From positions 64,001 through 128,000 of IMG/VR virus record IMGVR_UViG_3300032319_000936: 64,000 nt of DNA; one strand, 5' to 3'. The stretch's first letter is position 1, and every line of letters starts with the position of its first letter. This DNA is from a virus. Lineage: Duplodnaviria > Caudoviricetes. The notes under the pieces are model-generated. The model was not told where the DNA came from, made no database searches, and saw only the letters and a list, made by a program, of their open reading frames with translations. Both the position numbers and the translations under genes were made by a program. This document shows, piece by piece, positions 36,395-45,734 of this stretch.

Positions 36395-37309
36395 CTATTT
36401 GTTATTTTTACTATCTAGATATCTTAGTAAAGCAATATTTTTCTGCTTTACTTCGAATTCTATATCAAAGTTCATCCCGTATGTTTCGGGATTCCCCCAG
36501 ATCCAGTCAGAATGAGCAAGCTCCTTAGCACTAGCATCTTCATATAATTTCCTAGAATCCGAATAGTGAGTGATTGGTATAAAATCTCCCCATGTCGAAA
36601 CGCAAATTGCCAAAGACTCCGCTTCAGATATTCCTTCTGGAGGATTGCAAATGTTATGCAGATAGTCAAATGTGACCGGGATCCCCACCTTAGAATGGAC
36701 AAGTTGTGCGAGATCTACCGAGGTGAACTGTGACTTTTTGTCATCAACCTCCACAACCAATCTTCTTTTCACGTTATCAGGTAGCTCTAGATAAGCTTTA
36801 CAAAACCTTTCAGCAGCTTCCTCCTTGGTTGGCTTTGATGTGTTAATGTGAATATTTATTGGGTAGTCGTAAGACTGGTCCAATCCCATTAGGTCCATTA
36901 TTTCTGCATGCTGTCTTAGCTCCTTAAATGATTTCTGAACTACATCAGGTCTTTCGGAAGCTATTACACAATAAGGCGAGGGATGGAATGTCAATCTCTG
37001 ATCTGTGGTCTTCGATAAATCCCCACACAATTTTAGGTTTATCGCGATCTCCTCGAAATCAGGTAGGTCTGATAATTCATATTCAGAGCACCATGGGAAT
37101 ATATCGGAACTCATCCGATACATGCGTATCCCAGTATCGGCGTTCCATGTTAAGACCTTATAGAGATCTTTCACATTTAACAAAGCCAGTTGTGAGGCGT
37201 AGGGTAGTCCCCTTTCTAGGAATGTTCTTTTGACCATACCTCTGTTCGTAGTAACCTTCTCCTTTTCAAGAGAGAGATTAATACAGCAATATCCATATCT
37301 TCTTTCCAT
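36395..37309 (-). CDS. uvsE: UV damage endonuclease
   Basis: GYCCIN, YRMSSDIFP, RLTFHP, FDYLH, AHSD, EVKQK. Confidence 0.92.
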   Translation of the reverse strand: MERRYGYCCINLSLEKEKVTTNRGMVKRTFLERGLPYASQLALLNVKDLYKVLTWNADTGIRMYRMSSDIFPWCSEYELSDLPDFEEIAINLKLCGDLSKTTDQRLTFHPSPYCVIASERPDVVQKSFKELRQHAEIMDLMGLDQSYDYPINIHINTSKPTKEEAAERFCKAYLELPDNVKRRLVVEVDDKKSQFTSVDLAQLVHSKVGIPVTFDYLHNICNPPEGISEAESLAICVSTWGDFIPITHYSDSRKLYEDASAKELAHSDWIWGNPETYGMNFDIEFEVKQKNIALLRYLDSKNNK

Positions 37310-37313
37310 ATTA

Positions 37314-37336
37314 CAAATATATTGAATATCGCCGTA
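37314..37336 (-). promoter_or_regulatory. TACGG-N10-TAnnTTTG promoter (copy 4)
   Basis: TACGG cgatattcaa TATATTTG, 4 nt before the uvsE ATG. Confidence 0.65.
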
Positions 37337-37347
37337 GTGAACCCGAT

Positions 37348-38310
37348 CTATTCGGTGTCTTTTAAAGCTTCTTTTACTTTTGCTATAACCATCTGCGAGG
37401 TTATGAGCCTATGACATTCGTTCTCCCTTGGAGTACCATGAAATATCGGGCAAGAATTTTTAATCCGCATGAAGACATTAAAACACCCAGAGCACCCAAT
37501 TTTGCTGTTTACTCTATAGCAATCAAACTCATTCTGTTCTTTCGTAAATCCGGCTACCATAACAACAGGGACACCATATGCCCAGGCAAGCCAAGCTAGA
37601 CCCGAGGATAGTCCTATAAAGATCCTGGATGATACTATGTGATCTATAGCAACTTTTATATCGTCAAATCCATTATAATTTATAACCTCATTTAGATTAA
37701 TGATTTTCTCGTATGAAACATTATAAACATCAATGTTCTCCTCTCTCAGATAATCTACGACATCCTGCCATCCATTAGGAACATCCCATCTTGCAATTAC
37801 CTTAAGTGATTCTGGTGCTATCGTTACCTTATTTTTTTCCACCAATCTTTCCTTGTATTTAACAGGAGGTCTATCTGGTAGAGTTTCTTGAGGCAGCAGA
37901 AAGGTATTTTTGGCCGCATAAAAAAGACCATTTATTGTGTGCATATAGTCTTCCTTATTATAGCCAACCGTTATCTGTGTGTCTACGTAAACCCTAGCAT
38001 AAGAATCAGCAGCTATAAAAACTATATCTTCCCCAATATCATCAAATAGATTTTTAAAGAAAGTGGTGACTAATATCTTTTTTGGTCTGTAATATTCAAA
38101 GAATGGCCTGAGAAAGCTAGAGAAGCATATGGTATCGCCAATACAGAAAGAGTCCAGATGTATTAAAATTTCCTTATCCCTGAAATTCCTGCTTCCAGGT
38201 TCCCTCTCTGTATAAGAAACAAGCTCCTCCTCTGAGTATTTTCTTCTTTTGTTTCTAATGTAATCGGGAGGAACTATCTGTGACCCTTCATTTTGCTGAT
38301 TGAACTCCAT
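37348..38310 (-). CDS. Aah/TibC-like protein O-heptosyltransferase (GT-B)
   Basis: CIGDTI, FIGLSSGLAWLAWA, CSGCFN...CP...EC; start set at MEFNQQ. Confidence 0.75.
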   Translation of the reverse strand: MEFNQQNEGSQIVPPDYIRNKRRKYSEEELVSYTEREPGSRNFRDKEILIHLDSFCIGDTICFSSFLRPFFEYYRPKKILVTTFFKNLFDDIGEDIVFIAADSYARVYVDTQITVGYNKEDYMHTINGLFYAAKNTFLLPQETLPDRPPVKYKERLVEKNKVTIAPESLKVIARWDVPNGWQDVVDYLREENIDVYNVSYEKIINLNEVINYNGFDDIKVAIDHIVSSRIFIGLSSGLAWLAWAYGVPVVMVAGFTKEQNEFDCYRVNSKIGCSGCFNVFMRIKNSCPIFHGTPRENECHRLITSQMVIAKVKEALKDTE

Positions 38311-38320
38311 AGCTAAACAA

Positions 38321-39019
38321 TTAAAATCCGGATAGCCAATTTTTTCTTGCCTGCGAAGATTTACCAAAAGCCATTTCCAGACTAGATTTTGATTCAGGAT
38401 CAGGTGATATCTGTAAAATTCTTCTGTTTCTCATAACAAAATCCCAATCGTCCAAAGATAATGAACCTAATCCCTTAAGGTATCTTACATTTTTAAGATC
38501 CGAAGAAGATGCTCTCTTGAATTCATCTAATGAGAAGTAATATTTTTTAACCCTATCCCCAGAACTAACTAGAGGCGTTTCCAATATATGTAGCCTCCCC
38601 TGTCCTACTATCCACGGGAACCAAGTATAGAAAAGATTAACCAGCAAGCTAGTAATGTGGGATCCATCAGGATCCTGGTCTGTTGATATGACTATGTTTT
38701 TAAATGGTCCATCGAAACTCTTCTCCTCGGGGTCAAGATTCAATATTTGCATTAGCTCCAATATCTCCCTATTTGAAGATAGATCCCCGAGTGATCTTGC
38801 ATTCTTGATCTTTCCCTTTAATGCATATACACCGTCTTTCTTAGGATCCCTCTTTTGCAAAAGTGAACCCATAGCAGAATTATGAGACACCACACCATTA
38901 GCTAAAACAAAGCTTTCGTCCTCTTCCACAGTAAGATCTATACAATTATAAACACCCGAATTTTCTATTTTCTCTATTTCCACTATCTGGAAAAAATTTT
39001 CATGTTGTTCAGTTAACAT
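38321..39019 (-). CDS. type IIA topoisomerase B subunit, C-terminal Toprim part, preceded by split intein C-half
   Basis: DLTVEEDESFVLANGVVSHN|SAMG, ALKGK, TDQDPDGSHI, YLKGLGS. Confidence 0.92.
   Translation of the reverse strand: MLTEQHENFFQIVEIEKIENSGVYNCIDLTVEEDESFVLANGVVSHNSAMGSLLQKRDPKKDGVYALKGKIKNARSLGDLSSNREILELMQILNLDPEEKSFDGPFKNIVISTDQDPDGSHITSLLVNLFYTWFPWIVGQGRLHILETPLVSSGDRVKKYYFSLDEFKRASSSDLKNVRYLKGLGSLSLDDWDFVMRNRRILQISPDPESKSSLEMAFGKSSQARKNWLSGF
38879..39019 (-). mobile_element. split intein C-half (47 aa), topoisomerase B
   Basis: Blocks F/G ending SHN, Ser+1. Confidence 0.9.
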
Positions 39020-39129
39020 ATTGTTGATTTTATTTTATTAATTGATTCTTCTATTAAAGAATCATATTTCCACCGATCCCTGACCAAATTTTTCCTGTCC
39101 GTTTCTATTTTTATTGAATATCCAGCTGA

Positions 39130-40869
39130 TTAAATATGATCAAAAACACATATCAAATCTCCATTTTTTATTTCAGAAGCTTTTCTCATTATAAAAGAGC
39201 TTTCTTTTTGGAGATAAATGCAATATTTGTGATCGTCACTGCATTTATAAAACGAGCCATCTTCTAGGATTAACCCGTTATGATATTTTTCATCACCAGT
39301 TTTAAATTTATCGGTCACCTCTAAATTTCCAATAAAATTTCCCAGACTAGATTTAACAATACAGTGTTTTTCTGCGTCCATATCCGAGACAGACAGAAAT
39401 GAAAAAACTGAAGATATTTTATCAAAGACATAATATCTGTGAGCCTTCGATTGGACTAATTGTGTTCCATCTTTTAGTGTTACAGTAAAACACTCCTTTA
39501 ATTTTCTTTGCTTATTTACGATCTTTCTGAATCTATTATTGTGTGTTATTACATCATCACCAAGCAAAACTTCCTTCATGGGTAGATTCAAAAGCTCGCC
39601 GTCTCTCCAAACATTTATTTTTTCATCCTCGTGTATACATAGCCCCTCTACTATAAATAGATTTTCCGCTTTAGAAGCTGTTGGAGGGAAATACTTATGA
39701 GAAAATTTTATCTTTACATTCTTTTTTTCCCTTCTAATCTTCTTTATCTCAGCATCTTTTCTTCTCTCATCGACAGATTTCTTTATTGATTTAAAGGTTT
39801 CTGTTCTGTAGAATTTCTGTAAGCCAGCTTCGAAGCTTCTAACGATGGTTGGCTCAACCTCTTCTCTCTTACTTACAAATTTAGTTTTATTCTGATCGCC
39901 AAATCTTACTAAACCGGGAGATAAATTAAGAATCAGTAGATGATCATAGAAGTGATGACCTAGGCTATCCTCAAGTTCACCATTGATTCTATCCATAACT
40001 ATCTTCTGATGAATACCCGTGCATATTGCAGAGTTCACAAAAGCAAAAGAAGAAGTAGATTCACTCTTTGGCCATATTAGAAGTTCCCCTATTTGACACT
40101 TGTATGAGAATCCCGGTGATAAAGCTGAGTTAATCAAGGTCTTGTTACCGTCCCATATAAACTCTATGTTAATGCTCTCGGTCTTTTTTTCGGTTTCTAA
40201 TACCCTCTTTTTCAGGACCAGTGTGGACCATAGAATATCACGGTCCCATTTATTATTATCGAATATCTTAGGCAGCGGGGAAAAGCTAACCCTTGTTCCG
40301 GTTTCCCTGCTAGAAGACTTCGTCTTTACATCAGGTTTAGATGCTAAAAAATTCTCCCACCTTTGAAAATATGTTTCTTGACTATTTGTTGTCTCTATCT
40401 CAAAGAATGACGACAAAGCGTTAACAAGACTAACTCCCATCCCGTTGGTACCAATTAGCGATTCCTCTATATCATCGTTATCGAAATTAGAACCAGCTCT
40501 TAGCATGGATACTGCGGTCTCAACGTTGGATAGCCCACTCTTTTTGTTCTTTTTAGATCCATTGAGAAATCCGTCACCTGAATCTGTAATGGAGATTGCA
40601 TTGGATTTGGTATCGATCTCGACTGTGATTTTCCTCATCGGAGATTTCATTCTCTTGGCCTCGTCGACGCAATTAGAAAAAACCTCATCGAAAAGTTTGT
40701 ACATACCAACAGAGATTGGTCGGGGTTGTGATTTAATACACTTACCCTCTTCCACTATAGGTACCTGTTCTTCCGACGTTTTTACACTACCAACATATAT
40801 GGTAGGTCTAGCCAAAATGTGTTCAAAGTCACTGAGGACTTGTATTTCTTTACTCGGTTTTGTAGCCAT
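39130..40869 (-). CDS. type IIA topoisomerase B subunit, N-terminal ATPase part, followed by split intein N-half
   Basis: EHILARP, DEVFSNCVDE, GTNGMG, FIVEGL|CIHED. Confidence 0.92.
   Translation of the reverse strand: MATKPSKEIQVLSDFEHILARPTIYVGSVKTSEEQVPIVEEGKCIKSQPRPISVGMYKLFDEVFSNCVDEAKRMKSPMRKITVEIDTKSNAISITDSGDGFLNGSKKNKKSGLSNVETAVSMLRAGSNFDNDDIEESLIGTNGMGVSLVNALSSFFEIETTNSQETYFQRWENFLASKPDVKTKSSSRETGTRVSFSPLPKIFDNNKWDRDILWSTLVLKKRVLETEKKTESINIEFIWDGNKTLINSALSPGFSYKCQIGELLIWPKSESTSSFAFVNSAICTGIHQKIVMDRINGELEDSLGHHFYDHLLILNLSPGLVRFGDQNKTKFVSKREEVEPTIVRSFEAGLQKFYRTETFKSIKKSVDERRKDAEIKKIRREKKNVKIKFSHKYFPPTASKAENLFIVEGLCIHEDEKINVWRDGELLNLPMKEVLLGDDVITHNNRFRKIVNKQRKLKECFTVTLKDGTQLVQSKAHRYYVFDKISSVFSFLSVSDMDAEKHCIVKSSLGNFIGNLEVTDKFKTGDEKYHNGLILEDGSFYKCSDDHKYCIYLQKESSFIMRKASEIKNGDLICVFDHI
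39133..39639 (-). mobile_element. split intein N-half (169 aa), topoisomerase B
   Basis: Cys1 inside the Toprim EGL|SA motif; GDDVITHNNRFR; two block-B-like segments. Confidence 0.88.
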
Positions 40870-40875
40870 ATTATT

Positions 40876-41643
40876 TTATCTAACTAGAGGAACTAGAACC
40901 TCTGTTACGAATTCCTCCATATCTTGTATGGAGATTTTATCAAAAGTATCCATCATACTGTGACAAAGATACCAAGATGAGTTATCAAGATACCCATTTT
41001 CATTGAGCATATCAGATTCTCCCTCCAATAAGAGAGGCAGGGGATTGATAACATTTGTGTCTATCCCATTCATGTATAACGGTAAGCAATCGCTTCCTGG
41101 CGTTCTTTTAACTGGGGGGTTGAACATTTCCTTTATTCTATCTGTGAGCTCACCTGAGTAGTCACCAATCATGAAGTTTCTACCACCTCTACCGCTTAAC
41201 TCTAAGTTAAGAACCCACTCTATAGAGCCAAAAAAACCATTCTTTATTTGACCAGCTAGCCTACTAGATCCAGCAAACCCAACCTCCTCACCGTCTGTTA
41301 TTACGACATTGACTTCGGGAACTAACTTTTTAAGAAGTATAGCATTAATAACCGAAGCCGAGTTATCGTTTGCATTTTCGGATTCTAAGTTAACTATATC
41401 ATGGTGGGCAATAACCATTCTTGTGGAATTCCCTCTTAATATGATATTATGATAGTGCCAACCTCCGCTCATAAAATAGTCAATCTCGTAGGTTATTCCT
41501 ACCCTTCCACACAAGTCGATTATGAATCTAGCACGGGGACTAGGTTCAGCACTATTCTCGAGTGCAGTTCCTAGATTTCTTACTTTACAAAAATCTTTTA
41601 GGGATTCAAGAATCTCCCTGTTTTCCATTGAGCTTATATACAT
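40876..41643 (-). CDS. M28 family metallopeptidase
   Basis: AHHD, ANDNSAS, DGEE, NLE, SD, CH motifs. Confidence 0.85.
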   Translation of the reverse strand: MYISSMENREILESLKDFCKVRNLGTALENSAEPSPRARFIIDLCGRVGITYEIDYFMSGGWHYHNIILRGNSTRMVIAHHDIVNLESENANDNSASVINAILLKKLVPEVNVVITDGEEVGFAGSSRLAGQIKNGFFGSIEWVLNLELSGRGGRNFMIGDYSGELTDRIKEMFNPPVKRTPGSDCLPLYMNGIDTNVINPLPLLLEGESDMLNENGYLDNSSWYLCHSMMDTFDKISIQDMEEFVTEVLVPLVR

Positions 41644-41659
41644 TCCTTCTATAATTATC

Positions 41660-41682
41660 CAAGATTAATAACAATCTCCGTA
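41660..41682 (-). promoter_or_regulatory. TACGG-N10-TAnnTTTG-type promoter (copy 5)
   Basis: TACGG agattgttat TAATCTTG. Confidence 0.6.
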
Positions 41683-41743
41683 GAAAAAAAGATGCCCGAA
41701 TAAAATATCCGGGCATCTAGTGGGTTTAGTTTAAAAAGTAAGA

Positions 41744-42265
41744 TTAGTAAGAGTAATGAACCTCTTCAATTTGCTCTGGCTTCAGGTATACTGAATAGTG
41801 AGCAGGATTAGACTTAGCCTTAACAGACAAACTCTGAGGATAACAAACGATGAATGTTCCATCAGCGCTTTTATCGATTCTATCCACAATAAATTCAGAA
41901 TCAAAGAAAACATCCTGCATAACACCAGCTCTTTCAATATCTGAAGGTGCAGCTTTTTCTATATCTATTCCAGTTTCGCGTCTGTACTTAAGAGCAGCTT
42001 CCTCTTTTGCTTTTGCAATAACCTCATCAACATATACAGGCTTAGTTTTTCCTTGCGTTGGAATTTCAGCTACTACGGTTACCTCATCAACTTCTCCCAT
42101 TGCTTTCTGATCCAATAAATCTTGAATAACAGCAATTGCCTTAAGTGGGCTAACGTTCATTTCTGGCTCACCACCTGTTTTGTTAAATGCAGTGTCGTCG
42201 TAAACCGGGATCGAACTCTCGTTAACATTCGAAACAAAGTTCTCGTAGATTTTAATGTGTTTCAT
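41744..42265 (-). CDS. putative virion/head protein
   Basis: MKHIKIYENFVSNVNES tag (start 42265), GATATATA at 42292-42299. Confidence 0.65.
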   Translation of the reverse strand: MKHIKIYENFVSNVNESSIPVYDDTAFNKTGGEPEMNVSPLKAIAVIQDLLDQKAMGEVDEVTVVAEIPTQGKTKPVYVDEVIAKAKEEAALKYRRETGIDIEKAAPSDIERAGVMQDVFFDSEFIVDRIDKSADGTFIVCYPQSLSVKAKSNPAHYSVYLKPEQIEEVHYSY

Positions 42266-42315
42266 TTCTATTTTTTTTATTTTTAATAGTCTATATATCA
42301 AACAAATTTTAGAAA

Positions 42316-43599
42316 TTATACTCTCTCTAATTTAGCTTTTCCTGATTTAAGATTTTCTTTGCCCTGCTTATAGAACTCAAGATTTTTCTTCAATCTATCC
42401 TGCTCTTGCGGGTGCAATGATGCAAAAAACGGAGATACAACTATCTGGGAGGTCTTCTCAAAAGCTATATCGGGGTGACCTATATAGAAAGCTGCTATGG
42501 AATATTCATCAACCATTCTCCATTGCCATATTTCAGGCTCTACGAATAGAATGTCACTAGTCCCTGGTGTTTTGATAGCTAGGTCTCCGTAAGTGAAAGA
42601 TAAAACGTATCTGTTCTCTTCTCTAAGCTTTCTCATAACGTGAAATACAGCTTCTAATCTTTGCGGTCTGTATTCCCATGCTCTAGAGTAAGCATTGATA
42701 ATCTCCATCGAAGGGAACTTCATCTTCTCCATTAATTTAGCTATCATATAGAGTGAATAGTAAACTTCCTCCTCCCATTCGCCTGCTTCTGCTCTTTTCT
42801 TATAAGCTTCTAGAGACTTTTCCAGCTGATCGGAATCCCTGTAACTTTGAGCCAAATAGAACATATATCTGGTATTGTTTGGCTCGTCCTCTAGTGCTTT
42901 TTCTAGAATCTCAGCATCTTTAGCATACTTCTCTTCTAGAGAGTTAGCTCTTTTCAATGGGCTGATATCTGCTTTAACGTGGCATCCTGGAAGAATAGCA
43001 CTTTTCAAATTTGGTAAATCGCAATGAAGATACTCGTGGAGTACACCCTTATAAACCCAAGGTTGATTGGATCTAACTATCTGAGCTCTGTGATATTGGA
43101 GAGCATTAAGTCTGTATGTGATCTGATAAGTGTCCATTGACTTATCAATGTGTGCAAATGGATTAAACCCAAATTGCTCAACAATAAACGTATCATCCGC
43201 ATCAATGATCCATCTATAATCGCATTTATCCTTAGCCAACTCAAGACTTTCAGTTCTGTTAACCTCAAAGTTAACCCAAGGTCTCTCGTGAAGCTCACCC
43301 TCTATTTCAAACTCTGCCATTGTTTCCCTGATCACCTCGATGGTATTATCAGTGGATCCTGTGTCAACAATTACCCAGTAGTTGATATAAGGGGCTACTT
43401 TTGATAAACACTCCCTGATATTATCGGCCTCGTCTTTTACGATCATAACCAAACACAGAGTAACTGTTTGTTTTTTAATCTCCTGCAATCCTGATATAGG
43501 GGCAGCTTTCATTGTTGAATTTTGTTGCGGTTGCTTAAAATTTTGTTTAGGTGGATTTGGCTTATTCCCACCTTTTTTTTTCTTTCTACTTGTTGGCAT
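42316..43599 (-). CDS. GT2 glycosyltransferase with TPR repeats
   Basis: MIVKDE, VDTGSTD, IDADD, YKGVLHE, TPR-like FYLAQSY. Confidence 0.9.
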   Translation of the reverse strand: MPTSRKKKKGGNKPNPPKQNFKQPQQNSTMKAAPISGLQEIKKQTVTLCLVMIVKDEADNIRECLSKVAPYINYWVIVDTGSTDNTIEVIRETMAEFEIEGELHERPWVNFEVNRTESLELAKDKCDYRWIIDADDTFIVEQFGFNPFAHIDKSMDTYQITYRLNALQYHRAQIVRSNQPWVYKGVLHEYLHCDLPNLKSAILPGCHVKADISPLKRANSLEEKYAKDAEILEKALEDEPNNTRYMFYLAQSYRDSDQLEKSLEAYKKRAEAGEWEEEVYYSLYMIAKLMEKMKFPSMEIINAYSRAWEYRPQRLEAVFHVMRKLREENRYVLSFTYGDLAIKTPGTSDILFVEPEIWQWRMVDEYSIAAFYIGHPDIAFEKTSQIVVSPFFASLHPQEQDRLKKNLEFYKQGKENLKSGKAKLERV

Positions 43600-43619
43600 T
43601 TTGAAAAATTTTGTTATTG

Positions 43620-44255
43620 TTATAGTTTATTTACTGATAAGATTTCATAATTAAGACCTGAATAATCTAATTCTGTCGCTATCCCGTATGTTTGCCCATC
43701 TATTTCACCTGAAAAGATTATCTCAGGAGCAAAAGGATCAATCCTATCCAGCACTATCTTGTGTAGCTTACCGTTCCAGATCCAGGTTACCCACTTCATG
43801 TTCTTTCTTAGAACCTTACCGCAGTGCTTATCCCTGTTACCCAGCATAACACGAATCCTGGTATTTTTTCCAGTAGGTGAGGGGTAAACTTCTACCAGTA
43901 CAGGATTTTCTAGAGAACCCGATATGAGTTCTAGACTTTTGAGATTGCAGCTTATTATAACTAGATCTCCTAGATCCAACCATTTCATTTTAGAATCTAT
44001 GCCCCGGATTGACTCCTTTATTATGGTTTTAAGTTTTCCTTCGTCTGTAGATTCGACATCAATATAGGAACTAAAGTCTTTAGATTTATAATTCTTAACA
44101 CCTTTTACAAATGATCCAGTTACAGAAGAGAAAACTGAGACCAGAAGATTCACAGCTTCATCTAAGAATGTCCTTTCGACACTCTGTTTAAGCTTCTCCT
44201 CTTTAATCCTCTTTTTTAAGGAATTTACAAATTGATCGACTGCTTCAGAACGCAT
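43620..44255 (-). CDS. hypothetical protein
   Basis: 211-aa ORF coupled to adk. Confidence 0.65.
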   Translation of the reverse strand: MRSEAVDQFVNSLKKRIKEEKLKQSVERTFLDEAVNLLVSVFSSVTGSFVKGVKNYKSKDFSSYIDVESTDEGKLKTIIKESIRGIDSKMKWLDLGDLVIISCNLKSLELISGSLENPVLVEVYPSPTGKNTRIRVMLGNRDKHCGKVLRKNMKWVTWIWNGKLHKIVLDRIDPFAPEIIFSGEIDGQTYGIATELDYSGLNYEILSVNKL

Positions 44256-44896
44256 TATCCTTTATTTTGCTCCTTGGACTTTTGCAAGCCCAAAGCATCA
44301 ACAACATTAGACAAAACCGCTTCCTTCCCTTCGGACGAGTCTATTTTCTTAACTTTCCTGTTTTTAGTGTAAAGCTCTATCAGAGGTAAAGTCTTTTCAA
44401 GGTACTCGTCAAATCTCTTGTTAATAGTTTCAAAACTAGCATCGTCCTTCCTCCCCTCTTCTTTAGCTCTTTTCTGTAATCTAGAGATTGCTTCTTCCCT
44501 CGGTAGGTCTAAGAAAATAGCATGATTTAAGCCAAGCCCTAGTTTTCCTAGCATTTTATCTAGCATCTTAGATTGCTCTATATTCCTAGGAAATCCATCA
44601 AATGCTATATTCTTTTCTAAATCAAGTTCCTTAACCTTTTCATTTAACATCTCTAGCATCTTATCGTCTGGAATCATATTTCCATTTGCTATGATTTCCT
44701 TCAGCTCCTTATCGTCGGAGTTTCTAATTAGATCGCCTGTTGAAATGTGCTGAAAATCATAGTCCTTTACTAGTCCCTTTGCTAGAGTTCCTTTCCCTGA
44801 TCCAGGAGGGCCAAGGAGAACTATTATTTTCCCCTGCTTATCCGGAAGCTCTCTTTCGTTTACAAAATCGGAAAATCTTTTAATACTAGAATTCAT
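44255..44896 (-). CDS. adk: adenylate kinase with N-terminal CTS-like extension
   Basis: GPPGSGKGT, HISTGDLIR, DGFPRN, GRKDD. Confidence 0.92.
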   Translation of the reverse strand: MNSSIKRFSDFVNERELPDKQGKIIVLLGPPGSGKGTLAKGLVKDYDFQHISTGDLIRNSDDKELKEIIANGNMIPDDKMLEMLNEKVKELDLEKNIAFDGFPRNIEQSKMLDKMLGKLGLGLNHAIFLDLPREEAISRLQKRAKEEGRKDDASFETINKRFDEYLEKTLPLIELYTKNRKVKKIDSSEGKEAVLSNVVDALGLQKSKEQNKG

Positions 44897-44917
44897 ACCC
44901 TATTTATCTATTTTTAA

Positions 44918-45694
44918 TTAAGATCCACAAGCAATACATCCATCAGGTCCACCGTCAAGGCTACATACTATATCGGAAGTTAATTTAGCGGCCAAATCAG
45001 CTAGCTCCTGTGAATTGTGAGTGAGTTCCTCAGGTAGCTCCGTTACAACTTTCTTAACTTCGTATTGCGGAACTGTTTCAATAACAGGGGCTTTAACCTC
45101 TTCTGTCTTTTGTGTCTTATATTTAGATAGATCAACACCAAGTCCTGAAAGAGCATCAGCTGCTGATTTAGTTCTCAAATAGTACATACCGGTCTTTAAC
45201 CCGATCTCCCAACTATGGAAGTGAGCAGCTGTCAATTTAGCAGCATTCACTCCCTCAATGAACAAGTTCATAGACTGTGATTGGCAGATAAATCTTCCTC
45301 TGTCTGCTGACATGTCCAATAGATCTTTTTGCTTGATCTCCCATACAGTTTTATAAACCTCCTTAATATCGTCTGGTATGCTAGGAATGTTCTGTACCGA
45401 TCCCTTGTTGATTATAATCATATTCTTCATATCCTCACCCCAGAGGTCCAGATTTATAAGATCTTTCACAAGATGCTTATTGACAACTACAAATTCTCCG
45501 GATAGTGTTCTTCTGGTGTAGATATTAGATGTGAACGGCTCAAATGCCTCATTGTTCCCCATTATCTGAGCTGTGTTGTGTGAAACCATACCGTTTTCCA
45601 ACAAGTATTCGTTAACATCCGGCACTTCAAGATCCCAAGTTGATCTTTCTTGGTCTGCCTTTCTGATTGATTTTATTTTTATCGTCTGTTTCAT
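44918..45694 (-). CDS. nrdA: ribonucleotide reductase alpha, fragment 3 (IntC-2 + C-terminal part)
   Basis: WDLEVPDVNEYLLENGMVSHN|TAQIMGNNEAFEP, ICQSQS, GMYYLR, CIACGS. Confidence 0.93.
   Translation of the reverse strand: MKQTIKIKSIRKADQERSTWDLEVPDVNEYLLENGMVSHNTAQIMGNNEAFEPFTSNIYTRRTLSGEFVVVNKHLVKDLINLDLWGEDMKNMIIINKGSVQNIPSIPDDIKEVYKTVWEIKQKDLLDMSADRGRFICQSQSMNLFIEGVNAAKLTAAHFHSWEIGLKTGMYYLRTKSAADALSGLGVDLSKYKTQKTEEVKAPVIETVPQYEVKKVVTELPEELTHNSQELADLAAKLTSDIVCSLDGGPDGCIACGS
45575..45694 (-). mobile_element. split intein C-half 2 (40 aa), NrdA
   Basis: MKQTIKIKSI...SHN, Thr+1. Confidence 0.9.
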
Positions 45695-45734
45695 ATTTGT
45701 AATTTATTTTATTTTTTGCCAACCAAAATATGAA

